A DNA stretch of 64,000 nucleotides, taken from Raillietiella orientalis (lineage: Eukaryota). Positions 13,201 to 25,600 of the stretch are shown in pieces. Each line of letters begins with the position of its first letter. The first letter of the stretch is position 1. The DNA is taken from assembly GCA_036172245.1 (NCBI GenBank), contig JAYWIR010000013.1, forward strand, positions 744,001 through 808,000, in the 5' to 3' direction. The notes under the pieces are model-generated. The model saw nothing but the letters and a program-made list of their open reading frames with translations, was not told the origin of the DNA and did no database searches. A program made the translations under genes and the position numbers.

Positions 13201-16200
13201 TTCTGAGGCAGGAATTTTTGCTGCAAGACCGCCATCGATAGTATCTCACACAAACGAATCCGTTTGACAATCTCCGGAAGAAACACACAAAAAAGTGTAA
13301 AATGTGTGCTGCTTATATGTAACATCGATCTATATGAAAATATGTACGTTATCGAAAGGTGAAAAAAAAACAAAAGACCTCGATGCATCGGGAAAAGGAA
13401 AGAAAAAAAAAAGACTTCTCAAACATCCTCACTGAAGTTACGTGCTGTGAATTCGAACACATCAATCCTTTTAAGAGCACAAAATATAATGAATGCACAC
13501 ATTTGAATATTGTTAAGTAGATAATATTTTTGAACCAAAGTCTACACTGGTGTTCATCAAAGGAAAGCAAAGTGCTTTGGAATCTATGGTGATAATTTGA
13601 TGACACTATCATCACTCTCACTATCTCGCACCTGAGAACCCATCTTAAGCAACACACTATATCATATGATCGCAACACGATGCTTACCACCCCATAAACC
13701 TATCGAATAAATACTTAAATGTAAGTTAAAAGCAAGTCTAGCAAACACATATGGCAGTTTATAAGATTCATGATTAACAGACATCAACAACAAAGATCAA
13801 AACATCAATCGATATAAGGTCCCTTAGGCAGCGTGTCGAAACTGTAGAGGATAAACTGTATATGCACCGTATCTAATAGAAGAAAAAATTGAAACAGGAA
13901 TCGAATCGATCCCATAGGTTATGTTGAGGTGGAACAACATAACCAGCCCTGAAGCAATTACCAAAGGAGTCGACCAGTGACATCTGATTTTAAAGACATT
14001 ATGGTCAAACAACTTCATGAGAGACTGTGGCGAACATTAGCAAATCCAAGCTGGAAAATTCCAATGGGATGTTTTGTGCATACCATGAAAACAACTCCCC
14101 AAAGAGACCACGTTCGTTCCATCAACACTAGCCTAAACACTGAAGAGCAAGGATCCTAATAGAAATCGAGCACAGGAAAGAACCCAATAACATCGAGGTG
14201 TCTGCGTGGAGAATAATAACCCAATAAACCACATTTTAAAAAGGGCAGCAGAGCAATGTCACAACAGCCATATGGAGCCACAATGCGATCAATGCAACCG
14301 AAAAGAATACTCGTTGGTATGACACAATTCCGACGAGAACCCTGATTACGGGACCTTCTGCCAAAAACAAGGGAAAAGGAAACACTTAGAGAGAGACACC
14401 AACATTTAATACGGTGCAAATAACAAACCGTGTCATAATGAAAACACAGAGTACCGGAAAGACGCGAAATTCCGAAATACAGGACACGAGTTACGCTGAA
14501 TTCCAAATGCTAACAAGATTGCAGAATTTCTGAATCAAATGAAAAAGCTCGGCAGCATATTACCATGCATATATAAAGCAAGTATTCACTGGCCTTAAGA
14601 AGTTTAAGTAAAATAGACCCAAGAAATTATTTCCAGCCACTACGGATGGGCATTTTAATTATAGGGGATGAAGGCAGACTTTCTCGTTTCAATTTACCAT
14701 TTATCTGGTTTAAGAACAAAAAGAGCCGATAAGCAATCCCATAGATTTAATGCATTGAGATGATTAAATCCTAAAGAACACACTCGAGGATGTTAATGCC
14801 CAATGTTTATTTGTTCATGCGTCGGATTGAACAACTAACCTTCCACTGTGATGGCAAAACGAGGATTAGAGATGTTCAGCTGCTCGTGATTTTTAAGCCA
14901 GGTAATATTCATCGGAGGATCACCGTCGACGACGCAATGAATCACTACAGTGATTCCAGTTTCAAAAATACCCATAGAACGAGGTCCTTGTGTGATTCTC
15001 GGAAAACCAGGCGGCACCTCATGCTCTGAAAGTAAATGACATCTCGAAAAATAACACTCATCTGAAGAAAAACGCAAGTCCCCAACCCTTAACCTGGATC
15101 CTCATCTCAATGCTGCATTAAGACGAGCTGTAACCTTCGCAAAAGCACAGCCGAGAAGAAGCCGGTTTCCTCTTTACGAGCACGAGTACGACTACCAGAA
15201 TCCAAAGAGCTTTCGTATTGAATGGATTACTCCTCGTGCGATAGCATATTTGCACCACTTTGAACACCGGATGACAGAGTTCTCGTTTTTACAAAATGAT
15301 TTTCCCTGGCGGCTTATTCCATGCTATTGTCAGGAACCACATATCAGGTAACGCACACAGTACTTTGTCGAACATTGCGCATTTCGACTTCCAGCTTGAA
15401 AGAAAGGGGCGCGAGGTCAAGTCAAGAAGGAACCCCCACACACAGAAAGGAACGCAGCCACAGCCACATTGCCGATAAGAGAAGAAAAATGAAAACAACT
15501 ACAAGAAGTGGACTGATACACTTGATAAGTGCACATGCATCGTATTCGAAGCTCCCTTTCGTTTTTGAAACTTCCAAGGTAAATAAACCTCTCTCACCCA
15601 AAGTAGAGATAGCGAGACTGCAGAAAGAAATAACAAGATGGCTCGGTAACCGTGAAGTATTCTCCTCAGCAGCAGTATAAGGATGCTTAAACAAATCAAG
15701 AAACAGAAAAAAACCTCCTATGCCTTGCACAAGATGAGAGTGAATGATAAAAGTCAAACTCAGATTAAAAAGACGGAACACCGAAACACAGAAAATAAAA
15801 ATGAAGTGAAAAAGAAAAAGAATTCTTACATTAAAATGGGCCCTTCGTCATTTTAGCTTTCCACAGATGATCTCAGTGGCGGTGCGGCTCACGAATTTGG
15901 CAAAAGTCTCGAACTATGAAACCAACGCCATGCCCAAGCACGAGAGAGTTTTCTTTCTTTCTTCAGTAGGAGCGCGTGACTACAACGGACTGTTGCGCTG
16001 TTTTATGCTTCAGCTTATTTCCAGTTTCGATTTCATGAAAGAGATCGTCGCTTGCTACTCTCTATTTGAATGAAGACAACGCAGTGCACCCAGTAAAATA
16101 ATTTACAGTGATGCAGGGCGCACAGACGGTATCGAACAAATCCAGTATTGGTGCCAACGAGGACTCTCTTTGCCGCTTCCCCTTTGACGATTGAAGTATC

Positions 16201-19200
16201 CGTGAGTACGAGAAGCTGATAAAGATATCTCCACTACCCAACTGAATGTGCCATCGTGATTAAGACTGGAAATTCTTCTTCCTGAATATCTGATACCGGA
16301 AAAATTTCCTTCTGTCAAAACGAATTCAGGATGTTTAAGCGGGTACAAAATCTCGCGATTATAAAATGAAGTGCCCAAGAGGCATGAAAGCAAAATAACG
16401 TGAAAAATGAACTGCAGTCTTTCGAAAAAGAATCAGGAAAATGTGGCTTTGATTTCCGGTTTTACGATAGAATGGAGCAATTTCCAAAAAAAAACGTAGG
16501 GGCTGGCAATGGAGAATATGAGAAGCGAAGGGCCTGAGAAATACTAAATTAAGCGTCAAGGCAGAAAATAACAAAAAGATGCCACATTTACGAATTCTTC
16601 CTTATGTCCTGCAGAGGCTCAAGTAATTCTTATGCAGGCCAGCATGTAATCTGCTAACAAGATGCTCTGGAAAGTTAGGAAGCCCTGGCAAAGACGTAAT
16701 TAAAATTTATGCACCTCTTGCCATTCCAGAGTTCTGTCGCCCACTGAATTCACTGATGCGTATTGAGGCACCACCAATAAAGGAAAAGCACCACGAGAAA
16801 AAAACATCCAAGAAACTGGTGCTCGCGTTACCACACAAACATGAGACCATAAAATTGACAGAGAATTCAAAAGCATTAGGAAGGAAACGATCGACTCAAC
16901 CTATGAGCAAGATGAATAAGATGTTCCACTAGCAACTTCCAAAGCAATTTCACGAATGCGCGACGATGATTGAAATCGACAGGGATCACTGCAACAAAAA
17001 TGTTATGCTTCCAAGCCATTTTAAGGCACTCAATGCATGCGCTGACACCAAGAAAGGGGAGCGATTCTGACAGAATTAAAGATCACATGGGGAGCAAGAC
17101 TCCAAGAGCACGGAATTGAGATTTACAAATGAGACCAATGGACGTCCACTTGGAGAAACTTTTTTTCAAAGATGAAAACGGATCTTGGAGAAATAAAGAA
17201 AACGTATTTGCACATTATGATAAAAAAAATGCAATAACGAACGACAAAAGTCGTTTGGTAAACTAAAAAAACACCATGGAAATCAGCCTTCCAGAAGATG
17301 CAAAGATGTAAGGACACTCATGAATGTGGTTCGAAAAAGATGATGAAACTATGGAAGAAAATATTCGACTGAAAAGATCCATCTTTAAAAAAATCTGATG
17401 ACGAATGCTACACTTAAAAAGCTTCCACGGAAAACAAAGTTCACCAGCTGGGAATATGGACGCTTATAATACGAGGAACTGAAAAGGATGCAGAATACAG
17501 ATTTAATAAATCCGAGAGCTGAATCACATGAAACAGGTCTTTATGAGCATCACACCACAGCGTGATCAAAAACTTGATCCTAGCCACTTTTCGATATCTT
17601 CGAAATCATCACAGCCAATCATTACAGTCACACACTCGCAACGCAGGTACTTTTGAGAAGGCGCTCATACAGTTGCAAGTACTGGACATGCTGATCAGAT
17701 GGCCGACCACAAACAGCATTTGAAGTCATTTCGTTACCGATTACAGAAAGCACAAGTCCAAGGAATAAAGTGATGAAACACTCATGATAAGATGGGTCGG
17801 AAGGAGACAAGTTTCTGTACACCAAATGAAAATATAAAAATACAAAAGAAATGTTTTTCGGAGAAAGGCTAACGAGAAACTTGGATGCATAAACCGCTTC
17901 GAAATTTCCAACCAAAACGGTCTTTTTCAATTTAAGCCGCAAAACGAACCAACACGAGAAAAAGCTTTCATACACCTAAAGCACTGCTGATAGCTGACAC
18001 TAGTTTTCAGCCCGTGCATCGAAGGAAGAAAACGAAGAAATGCTGATGTCGTAGTTTATTCCCAATCAACCTGATCCGGAACAGCCACATAAACCGTGTA
18101 CCACAAAACATATGCTCACGTGTACTTTCTATCAAAGTGTGGGCTGAAGGCTCCAGTGGTCTCGAATACTACCGTAGACCAGAAGCGTGACAGATTCATT
18201 TACAAAGCTCGCAACCACCATTTGCGGCGAAATACCAAACGATTTAAAGAATTTAAAAATTCCACATCAACCGCAAATATCGAGAACGCACTGCAGTTTG
18301 ATACAATGAGAAAATGGCTTTACTCACGCAAAGTATGCGATTTCTTTGATTGACCGACCTCAAACAGACGAAACAAAACTTAGAATCAAAAAAAACAAAG
18401 CCATCAGGTTTCCATCATGGAAGAATGAAGCTGATAGCCGAAAATTTGGATTCGAAATGGAGATGTCAAGGGAAGCAGCAGGCAGAATGTGGTGCAGCAA
18501 CACCGCCTTTGAAATTCCGGGAAGCTGACTGAGGCAAAAACTGGAGGAAAGCTTCGAAAGAAACGTTGGTGCACCTATGCTCCACACAAAAGCAAGCTAT
18601 ACGGAGACACAGAAAATCTGCTAAATTGTACACGATTTCAAGAAAGGAAATCCACATAGAACAAGAACATGAAACAGCACACGGAAAGCTAATCGGCGTT
18701 CGATATACAAAGTCAGGTGCCAGATACGAAAATGAAATGCATCCAAGCGCTGCAAAAGATATCTCCATGAATGGGTCCATAATTGGTTTGTTTTTATTTT
18801 AGTCTTTTACGTTTTCCATCTTTTATCCTTTCACGTGAAAAAAATAAAAACGATATGGATAATTTGCCTTTTTATGACATAAGAACTCTGATAAATGTAA
18901 TTATTAATGCAACTTGATATTGAATTCACCCTGTGAGGTTCACATGGATGAAAGAGAGAGAGAGAGAAATCAGCATTATGAAAGCCCACAGGATAAGCAG
19001 GGCAGCAATCACCACTCGAAGTTTTGGAAACGAATTATCTGAATGTATCTCAGAGTATATTCATTTCCCTAAAGGAACTGAACCTGATTCTGTATACAAT
19101 GTATCAAAATAGAAAAGATTACCTTTAAGAATTCTTAAGAAAGCTGATGCGCTCAGTGGATCACTGGCTCCATTTTCAACCACACATTCGTAGAATGCTT

Positions 19201-19413
19201 CATCTTTGGAACTGCTTGCCATCTCGATTCTTAAATGAGATACTGTTTTCGGGAGCGTGTTCGCCTCTATGTGCTCCCAGTTTTTCGATATGGTTTTTCC
19301 GTTTTTGCGCCATGTTATCTCCGGTTGGGGATTCCCTTCAGCTTTGCAATAAAAGACTGCAGAACCACCTTCAGAAATTGTTTGGTTCTTGGGCACTTGA
19401 ATTATGAGAGGAT
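41..19413 (-). CDS. Lar: LAR-family (type IIa) receptor protein tyrosine phosphatase, extracellular part (Ig1-3, FN3-1 to start of FN3-6); 3' part lies beyond the left edge
   Basis: Phase-consistent GT-AG exons: 19413-19123 (Ig1, FYCKAEGNPQPEITW), 15025-14840 and 9241-9131 (Ig2, PPGFPRITQGP...GALHIQNSEESDSGMYECLAENS), 9078-8809 (Ig3), 8352-8219, 8163-8013 (LSPYTEYEFYVLAVNNIG), 6025-5925 (RPLSSSTIAIQWEEP), 5074-4879, 4831-4698, 4654-4504, 4082-3777 (WTKYEIWILAGTTVGDGP), 661-522, 460-258 (QLAALTRKGDG...GGVP), 213-41. The peptides closely follow Drosophila Lar / PTPRF-D-S / ptp-3 as recalled. The 521-461 intron has weaker splice sites. Confidence 0.95.
3380..3444. repeat. (GT)n/(CA)n fold-back hairpin with complementary unique flanks
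   Basis: GGAGGCT(GT)n-CTTTGTTGCAAATAAAA-(CA)nTAGCCTTC. Confidence 0.8.
11720..11764. repeat. Perfect 20-bp inverted repeat with 5-nt loop
   Basis: TCGAAAATCTGATCTTGCCT-GAGTG-AGGCAAGATCAGATTTTCGA; a second 12-bp hairpin follows at 11792-11818. Confidence 0.95.
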
Positions 19414-20385
19414 CTACGAAGACAATAAGGAAACACGTCACTCTTCTGCGGACAACAAAAAAATTGCAAAGCACTGCGATCGACTTCCAGGCACTGGTAC
19501 GATATCCCGAAAGTGTTCACAAGTCACTACACAAGTATGCACACAACACAAACGGTACGCTTTCCGCATCAGCTGTATTCCATTCACCTGGATGAGATAA
19601 AAGTTGGCCTCGTTTGCAGCACGCCCATGATCAAGCCACGCACGATCTGGCTAACTGCATGACCAAGTTGCTTCTAGCAGAACACACATATCAGACGCAT
19701 GTGAACCAATCCTTCATTTGAGACATAAAATGAACCCACAGGCGTTGAAGCAGTGATGTTCCAGAAACAACTTGCTACCCAGCTGATCGAACGTGAAGCT
19801 CACACGCCGAAAATTATCGAAGTAACACAAAGTACATTTACGAACGGAAGCAGGGCAAATTACTGGCTGGCTCGAGTTAGATGATAATCGTATGACTTCC
19901 ACAGTGCTTAAAATTTTCTATGGCCTAAGTCTTCACTGTATAATAAACAAACTATTGATTTATGCTTGCGTTTAGCTACTGATGCGCACAGCTGGAGAGC
20001 ATCTGGAACACACTGTTTTTCCATTTGACTTCTGAGACTACAAGATGGTAGTATGCGCATTCAAAATGGAAAATAAACACACAAACAAAAAATAAAATGA
20101 AATAAAATAGCGCTGAAATGGAATTCCAAAACATTCGAATCTATTTGTACGAGGGAGGAGCTGAATCCGAGTGATGTGTTTGGCCTTGCACATTACCATA
20201 CGTCTTTTCAAAGATAAGGCACGAATGGCAAACCATGAAAAATTGTTCAAAGAGCGTTCTCCGTTATACATCACATACCCAATTGTTTTCAAATGACGTT
20301 TCCAAATGATTCCGCATGTGGACTATTAAATTAATCCGGTGTAGAAATGATGATTAAATTTTGCAGCCTGTTATTCTATTCATAC

Positions 20386-20530
20386 CTGCTGTGTTCAAAT
20401 GACAACATAAAAATAAGATAAAAAAAAATTCAGCATCAGTTACGCGATACTGTTGAGAGGACAAATGAAAACATGCAGTACAAAGGAGGAGAAAAGGTAC
20501 CAACGTTCTGCTGACTCGTGGAAAAATCAT
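20386..20530 (-). CDS. Candidate first coding exon (signal peptide) of Lar
   Basis: ATG at 20530 opens MIFPRVSRTLVPFLLLCTACFHLSSQQYRVTDAEFFFILFLCCHLNTA and ends at a phase-1 donor (CAG|GTATGA) that joins in frame to the Ig1 exon (D-PLIIQVPKN). It has hydrophobic signal-like segments. Confidence 0.55.
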
Positions 20531-21088
20531 TTACGAACTTTCTAATTATGATACTACATGGACATCAGTTTGTGTAAGGCTGATCTGACATCGAATCCGG
20601 ACGACTTCATGTGCATGTCGGGAACTTCTTCTTCGCGGAGGATGCAGACGTTAATGGGCTGTCAAACCAATTTCAATCCGTACGGTCTTCGCGACAAGCA
20701 ATACTTTGCAAAAATTTTTGCGAAGGCATCGCAAAAGTCGATTTCGAAATCAGCCAACGAAAGGCGCTTGTAAATGGCAAAATACCGCTATTAATCTCTG
20801 CAAACTGTGTACTATAAGTACAAACAAAGTAGTCTCTTTAATAAACATTTACTCATGACTCGAAAAGCATGGTCTTTCCTACATTTGCATTCGAACACAG
20901 AGTTTGAAGAATCGATTTGTTAAGCCATAATACCTAAAAACATAACAAGAGTTTTATCGTGTAAATCCATGGCTAATGCGTTAAGAACACTCAAATTATT
21001 ACTATCAATCAACTCTTTGAGAAGAAACAAATGATGCTCAGTTTTATTACTTCACTGAGCACTGCGGCAAAGTACTTTTCGAACATGC

Positions 21089-21089
<1 letters not shown>

Positions 21090-21132
<43 letters not shown>
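21090..21132. repeat. (TA)n microsatellite, about 21 units
   Basis: Direct reading of the sequence. Confidence 0.98.
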
Positions 21133-21134
<2 letters not shown>

Positions 21135-22575
21135 CAAATTGCAAAAGCGAGCTGAAAAAACAGTACGAAAAGAAATTGAGCAAAAAATCGCTTAGAAAAT
21201 ATATGAATGGATATACAGCCTTAAGTCACAGAGTTCAATCCCACCGCATCTGATGTAGGAAACATTGAAAACTTTGTGCTTGCACAAAAACAGACAACCA
21301 AAGAAGAAACAGCTTGGGAACTACAATCTCTACGTTACCTCATCAACGTTTTCCCCACTTTCTGTATCCGTGCATGTAGGACATTGGAGTGTTTGTTCTA
21401 TGTATTCTGTGCTCATGAGAAGCATATGAATGAACTGCGGAAAATGAAGACACGGATTTACTTGACAAATGGATGGTACCTTAACGTACAAGTAAACTGG
21501 GCCCCATTTCACCTTCTGTTGCAGGAGAACGAAAAGAAGATATGAAGCACGCAACTACAATTCTAGGAAACAAATCGCGTTGGGACTTTCTGCAACGACA
21601 TCTACATGACACGACATGTGCTCGGTGAATAATCAGGGCAGACCTTGAGTAAATTTTCATAGAACCATATAAAAAAAATACACAGCGGGCGAAATTATGC
21701 AGCAACAAAAAAGCATGGGAAAAAAAAACATCCGTCGCACGAGTTACCAGGAAATGATTTTAAGAAAAACCTGACTGTGGTGAGAGAATCCGATCAAGGT
21801 GGGGTTGATTAAAAACGCGTAGCATGCCAGACACATTCGAATTTCGAATCACTAAAAAATTATTTCAGTTAAGTTATGCAAGGTTATACAAAAATGAACC
21901 AACAACAGTTCAAGCCTAAAACATGATACGCACGTTTTAAATACGTAATTTTAAATGAAGACCTGAAAGTGCTCAGATACTGACCCTGCTCAGATGCGCC
22001 GGTCACTTCGTTTAACATCCAGAAAATAAACTTGATAGATGCAACAGCTTGCCAGTTCATAGCGTCATTGCGGCTGTGTAAATCTACCTGAAGAGAGAGA
22101 GAGAGAGAAAAAAAAAAACAGGGAAAAAAGTTGAGTACGTACTTCCTTTATCGCTGAAAAAATTACTTACACACACAAACACTACATCGTTCCAACACGT
22201 GAGAAACTCGAAGCGGAAATCGCGTTTGCTCCCGCAAAGCAGACGAATTTTACTTTTGCAGCAGATTTTCGATGAAACCACGTAATAATACATGCAATCA
22301 AAGATCTCTGCCAGAAGACATCGAGGCCAGTTGGGTTTCGAAACGGAGGACTTGCTGAAGCCCAACACCTTCGAGACGCTTTTCACACTGCACGTACACC
22401 ATGAGGTAACGACAAGAATGGAGGAAACACGGGATGACGCGCAGGGCAGAAGAGAAAGCGCCTCGTAGCACCTCCTGTCTTGGAGAAAAGAAGTGGCATC
22501 AAAGCGGAGAAGCGTGTACAAATACTACGGCAGTATGTGCCACCGAGAAAGAATCCCATTCACTTTTGATGGACG

Positions 22576-22616
<41 letters not shown>

Positions 22617-25600
22617 TGTGCTGCCCACTCATTTGAAATTGACCCTCGATTTTTAGTCCAGAATCCACAGAGGGCAAGCTAGCTTTCAGATTGATTCAGT
22701 GTGCCTCATTTTTTAATTCCGAATTACTTACTTACTGGCAGTAATTCAGAATTCACAGCATCACCACGCTTTCCGTCGGCAAGATGGATCGGAAGGACAA
22801 TAAAATGAAAACAAAGGATTTTCTTCAGAAAATATAAAAGCAAAGAAGGAAAGACCCATCCCAACGTCCAATCTATGTATTATTTCAATACATGACGGTT
22901 ACAAGAATTTTTATCCGTTGTTCATCCCTGTAAAAGATACGCCCTGCTGAATTCCAGATACTTGAAATTCAGGTGTCGTCCGAATTACACAAACACTGAT
23001 GCAAAGGATCAGAATTGCGTCGAGAGATCTGGGTTGTGTTTTATGCAACTCGGGAAAACCTCGATTCTGATGGTACCGAATCAAGAGAAAACTGGGAACG
23101 CTCGCACACACTCTTATCGATACGACTTCAGAAAAACTTGAATTCTTATAATGTAATCAAAGATGCAACTGGCCTAGATCTGATGAAACCATCCTTCAAT
23201 CTCTGAGCTACGTCAAAACCCATTTATGGTCACCATGTAAATAAATAGAGATTTCGATGCAAAAACTTGGAGGCTTTACGTATGAAACAAAATGGTGAAT
23301 GTTATAATAAACTGTCTCAAGAAAGCAATTCTTGAAGCAATTCACAACATTTACCTCCTTGCAAAAAAAAAAAAAAAAAAAAACAATTCTACATAAGCAA
23401 CGAAATAGTTTTGCATAACGAAACAAGAAAACAGGTGATCTGGGTGCGCTTAAGCTACATTCAAAATTAAGAGCGGACCTCACTAATTTATTATTCGCTT
23501 CCCATTTCCAAGAGAGTTAGCTTATTCTCACAGCTGAAACTTAGTTTCATTTCAAAATCCCTAATACATTTTAGGGACCTACTTCTTACTGCTCATGTAC
23601 TTTCGGCGTGTCCAATGCCACGGCGGGCGCATCTTGAAATTTTTCGTCTTTTTTTTTTTTTTGCATTCATCGAATGTTTAGAATGGCAGAAATCTGAGGA
23701 ATTTCCCATTACTACAAAGTGAAATAAAAGGATGAATAAAACAAAATGAGAATCAGAAAACATAAAAGTCACGTAAGGATCGCTTTTCATAATACAGAGG
23801 GAAGGCGTTCTTGCGGCTCGCTGCTGAAAAACAGGAAGAGATTCCAAAACGAATACACGTAAAGCCATATCTGTGAAAAACACAAGGAGGGATGCGGAAA
23901 AAAGAGAAAAACTCTGCATATGCACCTTTCTTCTCAAATATAAACTGAGCTGGCACTATCAGACGCTGAATAATTCGAGTTAACCATCCCGATGTGACCG
24001 CCGGCGGACTCGTGGCACAAACACATCAGCGTGGCGTAAAACACGAAACCGATCTGACTGTGAGAAAAGAAACATTCGTTGGCAGCCGCTCGTAACCTAT
24101 CCATTATCTTCAAGTTTCGATTTTTAAGCAATGATTAACGAGTTTTCGACTCTGTATCCGTCGCTTTGAAGCTTCGTCAAACATATCTCAGAGGCTTTAA
24201 TGAAAGGAAGTTCAATCCGAGTCGCAAAACACAGATTAATGTACGAAAATTTAAAGGAGTACATGGAAGGCCCCACTACTACTACTAGAAACGGCAGTGT
24301 TCGTACATTCGGTTTTACTGTCTTTGTCTGCCGAAAACGCAATTTTGTTAACTGACCCGGGGTGGCACTCTTGCGAACACAACAACGGTGGGTCAGATTT
24401 CGATGAGTGAAACAGAGGTAATCCGTGAAACAAGAAAGGGCACACATCGATGGTACGTTGGCGTCTTATCGATATCATTCCATATCGGCCGGAGTAAAGT
24501 TACAACGTTAGGAGAACAAGAAGATGCTCGTGATCTGTGCCACGAACGAACTAGAACGGCTGGTGTTTTCACCGGTGGTGGCATACTCTTTGGGTGGCCA
24601 CTATCCAGGCCCCAAAGCACGCATTGAAATGCAGCGATTCATAGGAAAAGCTAATTAATTTGCGGAAATAATGAATGCACTATAACCAGCTATTCAGTGA
24701 ATCAGTTAAACCAGTTTCTAATACTTGAGGGAATTCTTCCTCGTGCTCACAAGGTTCCATGAATTATTCAAGACAACACACTGTATTGAAAACAAAGGAA
24801 ATGCATTTCCTCGGAGCCTGGTAATAAGAATTGATTTCATACTGGAAGTCTCATGAATATCATTCTGGTGATTAAGACGACTTTATCTACCTCATATCGC
24901 ACTTATCCAAGCTGCTCTTTTTGGGCTGCATCTCCTATCCAGGGCAGGAACAGCACAAAATGAAAGAAAGAGGAAAGAAGAACGAAAATATTGAAGCTTA
25001 ATGTAACGTTGAAATCCTCCAGCACAGGTAGGAAGGTCCAACGACATACGCAAGCTGAATAATCAATACACCTGAAGCATGCTATAGGTCAGATGAAAAT
25101 CATGGGAAGACGAAATGAGGTTCATCGGTAGGTGCATAGATGGGTGCATAGGGCAGAAGGACAGAGAACTGTCTGGATAGATACTATAAATGTCAGTAAC
25201 AAATGCCCGGAAAAAATGAAACTGAAAAACCGAATGTACGAAAACAGCACAGATGACAATGCGCCCATTAGAAATTTTTGCGATAACTTTGATTCCCCCA
25301 CCGAATAATGACCCTGTCGTTTCATAAAATAGGCTTTCAGGTGAATGGTATCGACTTTCGATCGATAGGTGGAAATTAAACATTCACTACTACAAGTGAA
25401 ACATTGGATTTAACAACACGAATACCAAATAGGCAAAAAAAATCGGAGGACAACCTGTCACAACCGTCGATGGGCAAAAGTGAACACTGACGATCACGCC
25501 AACTGCACGGATTCTTGTACGTAACCAAAATTAATGTATTCGAACCCATACTGAAAAGGAAATCAACAAAGCCTTGGCTGCACTGCGAAATCACTAAAAG

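Noticed and set aside
21225..21250. GTTCAATCCC tRNA T-loop/B-box-like word
   Set aside because: No cloverleaf or A-box.
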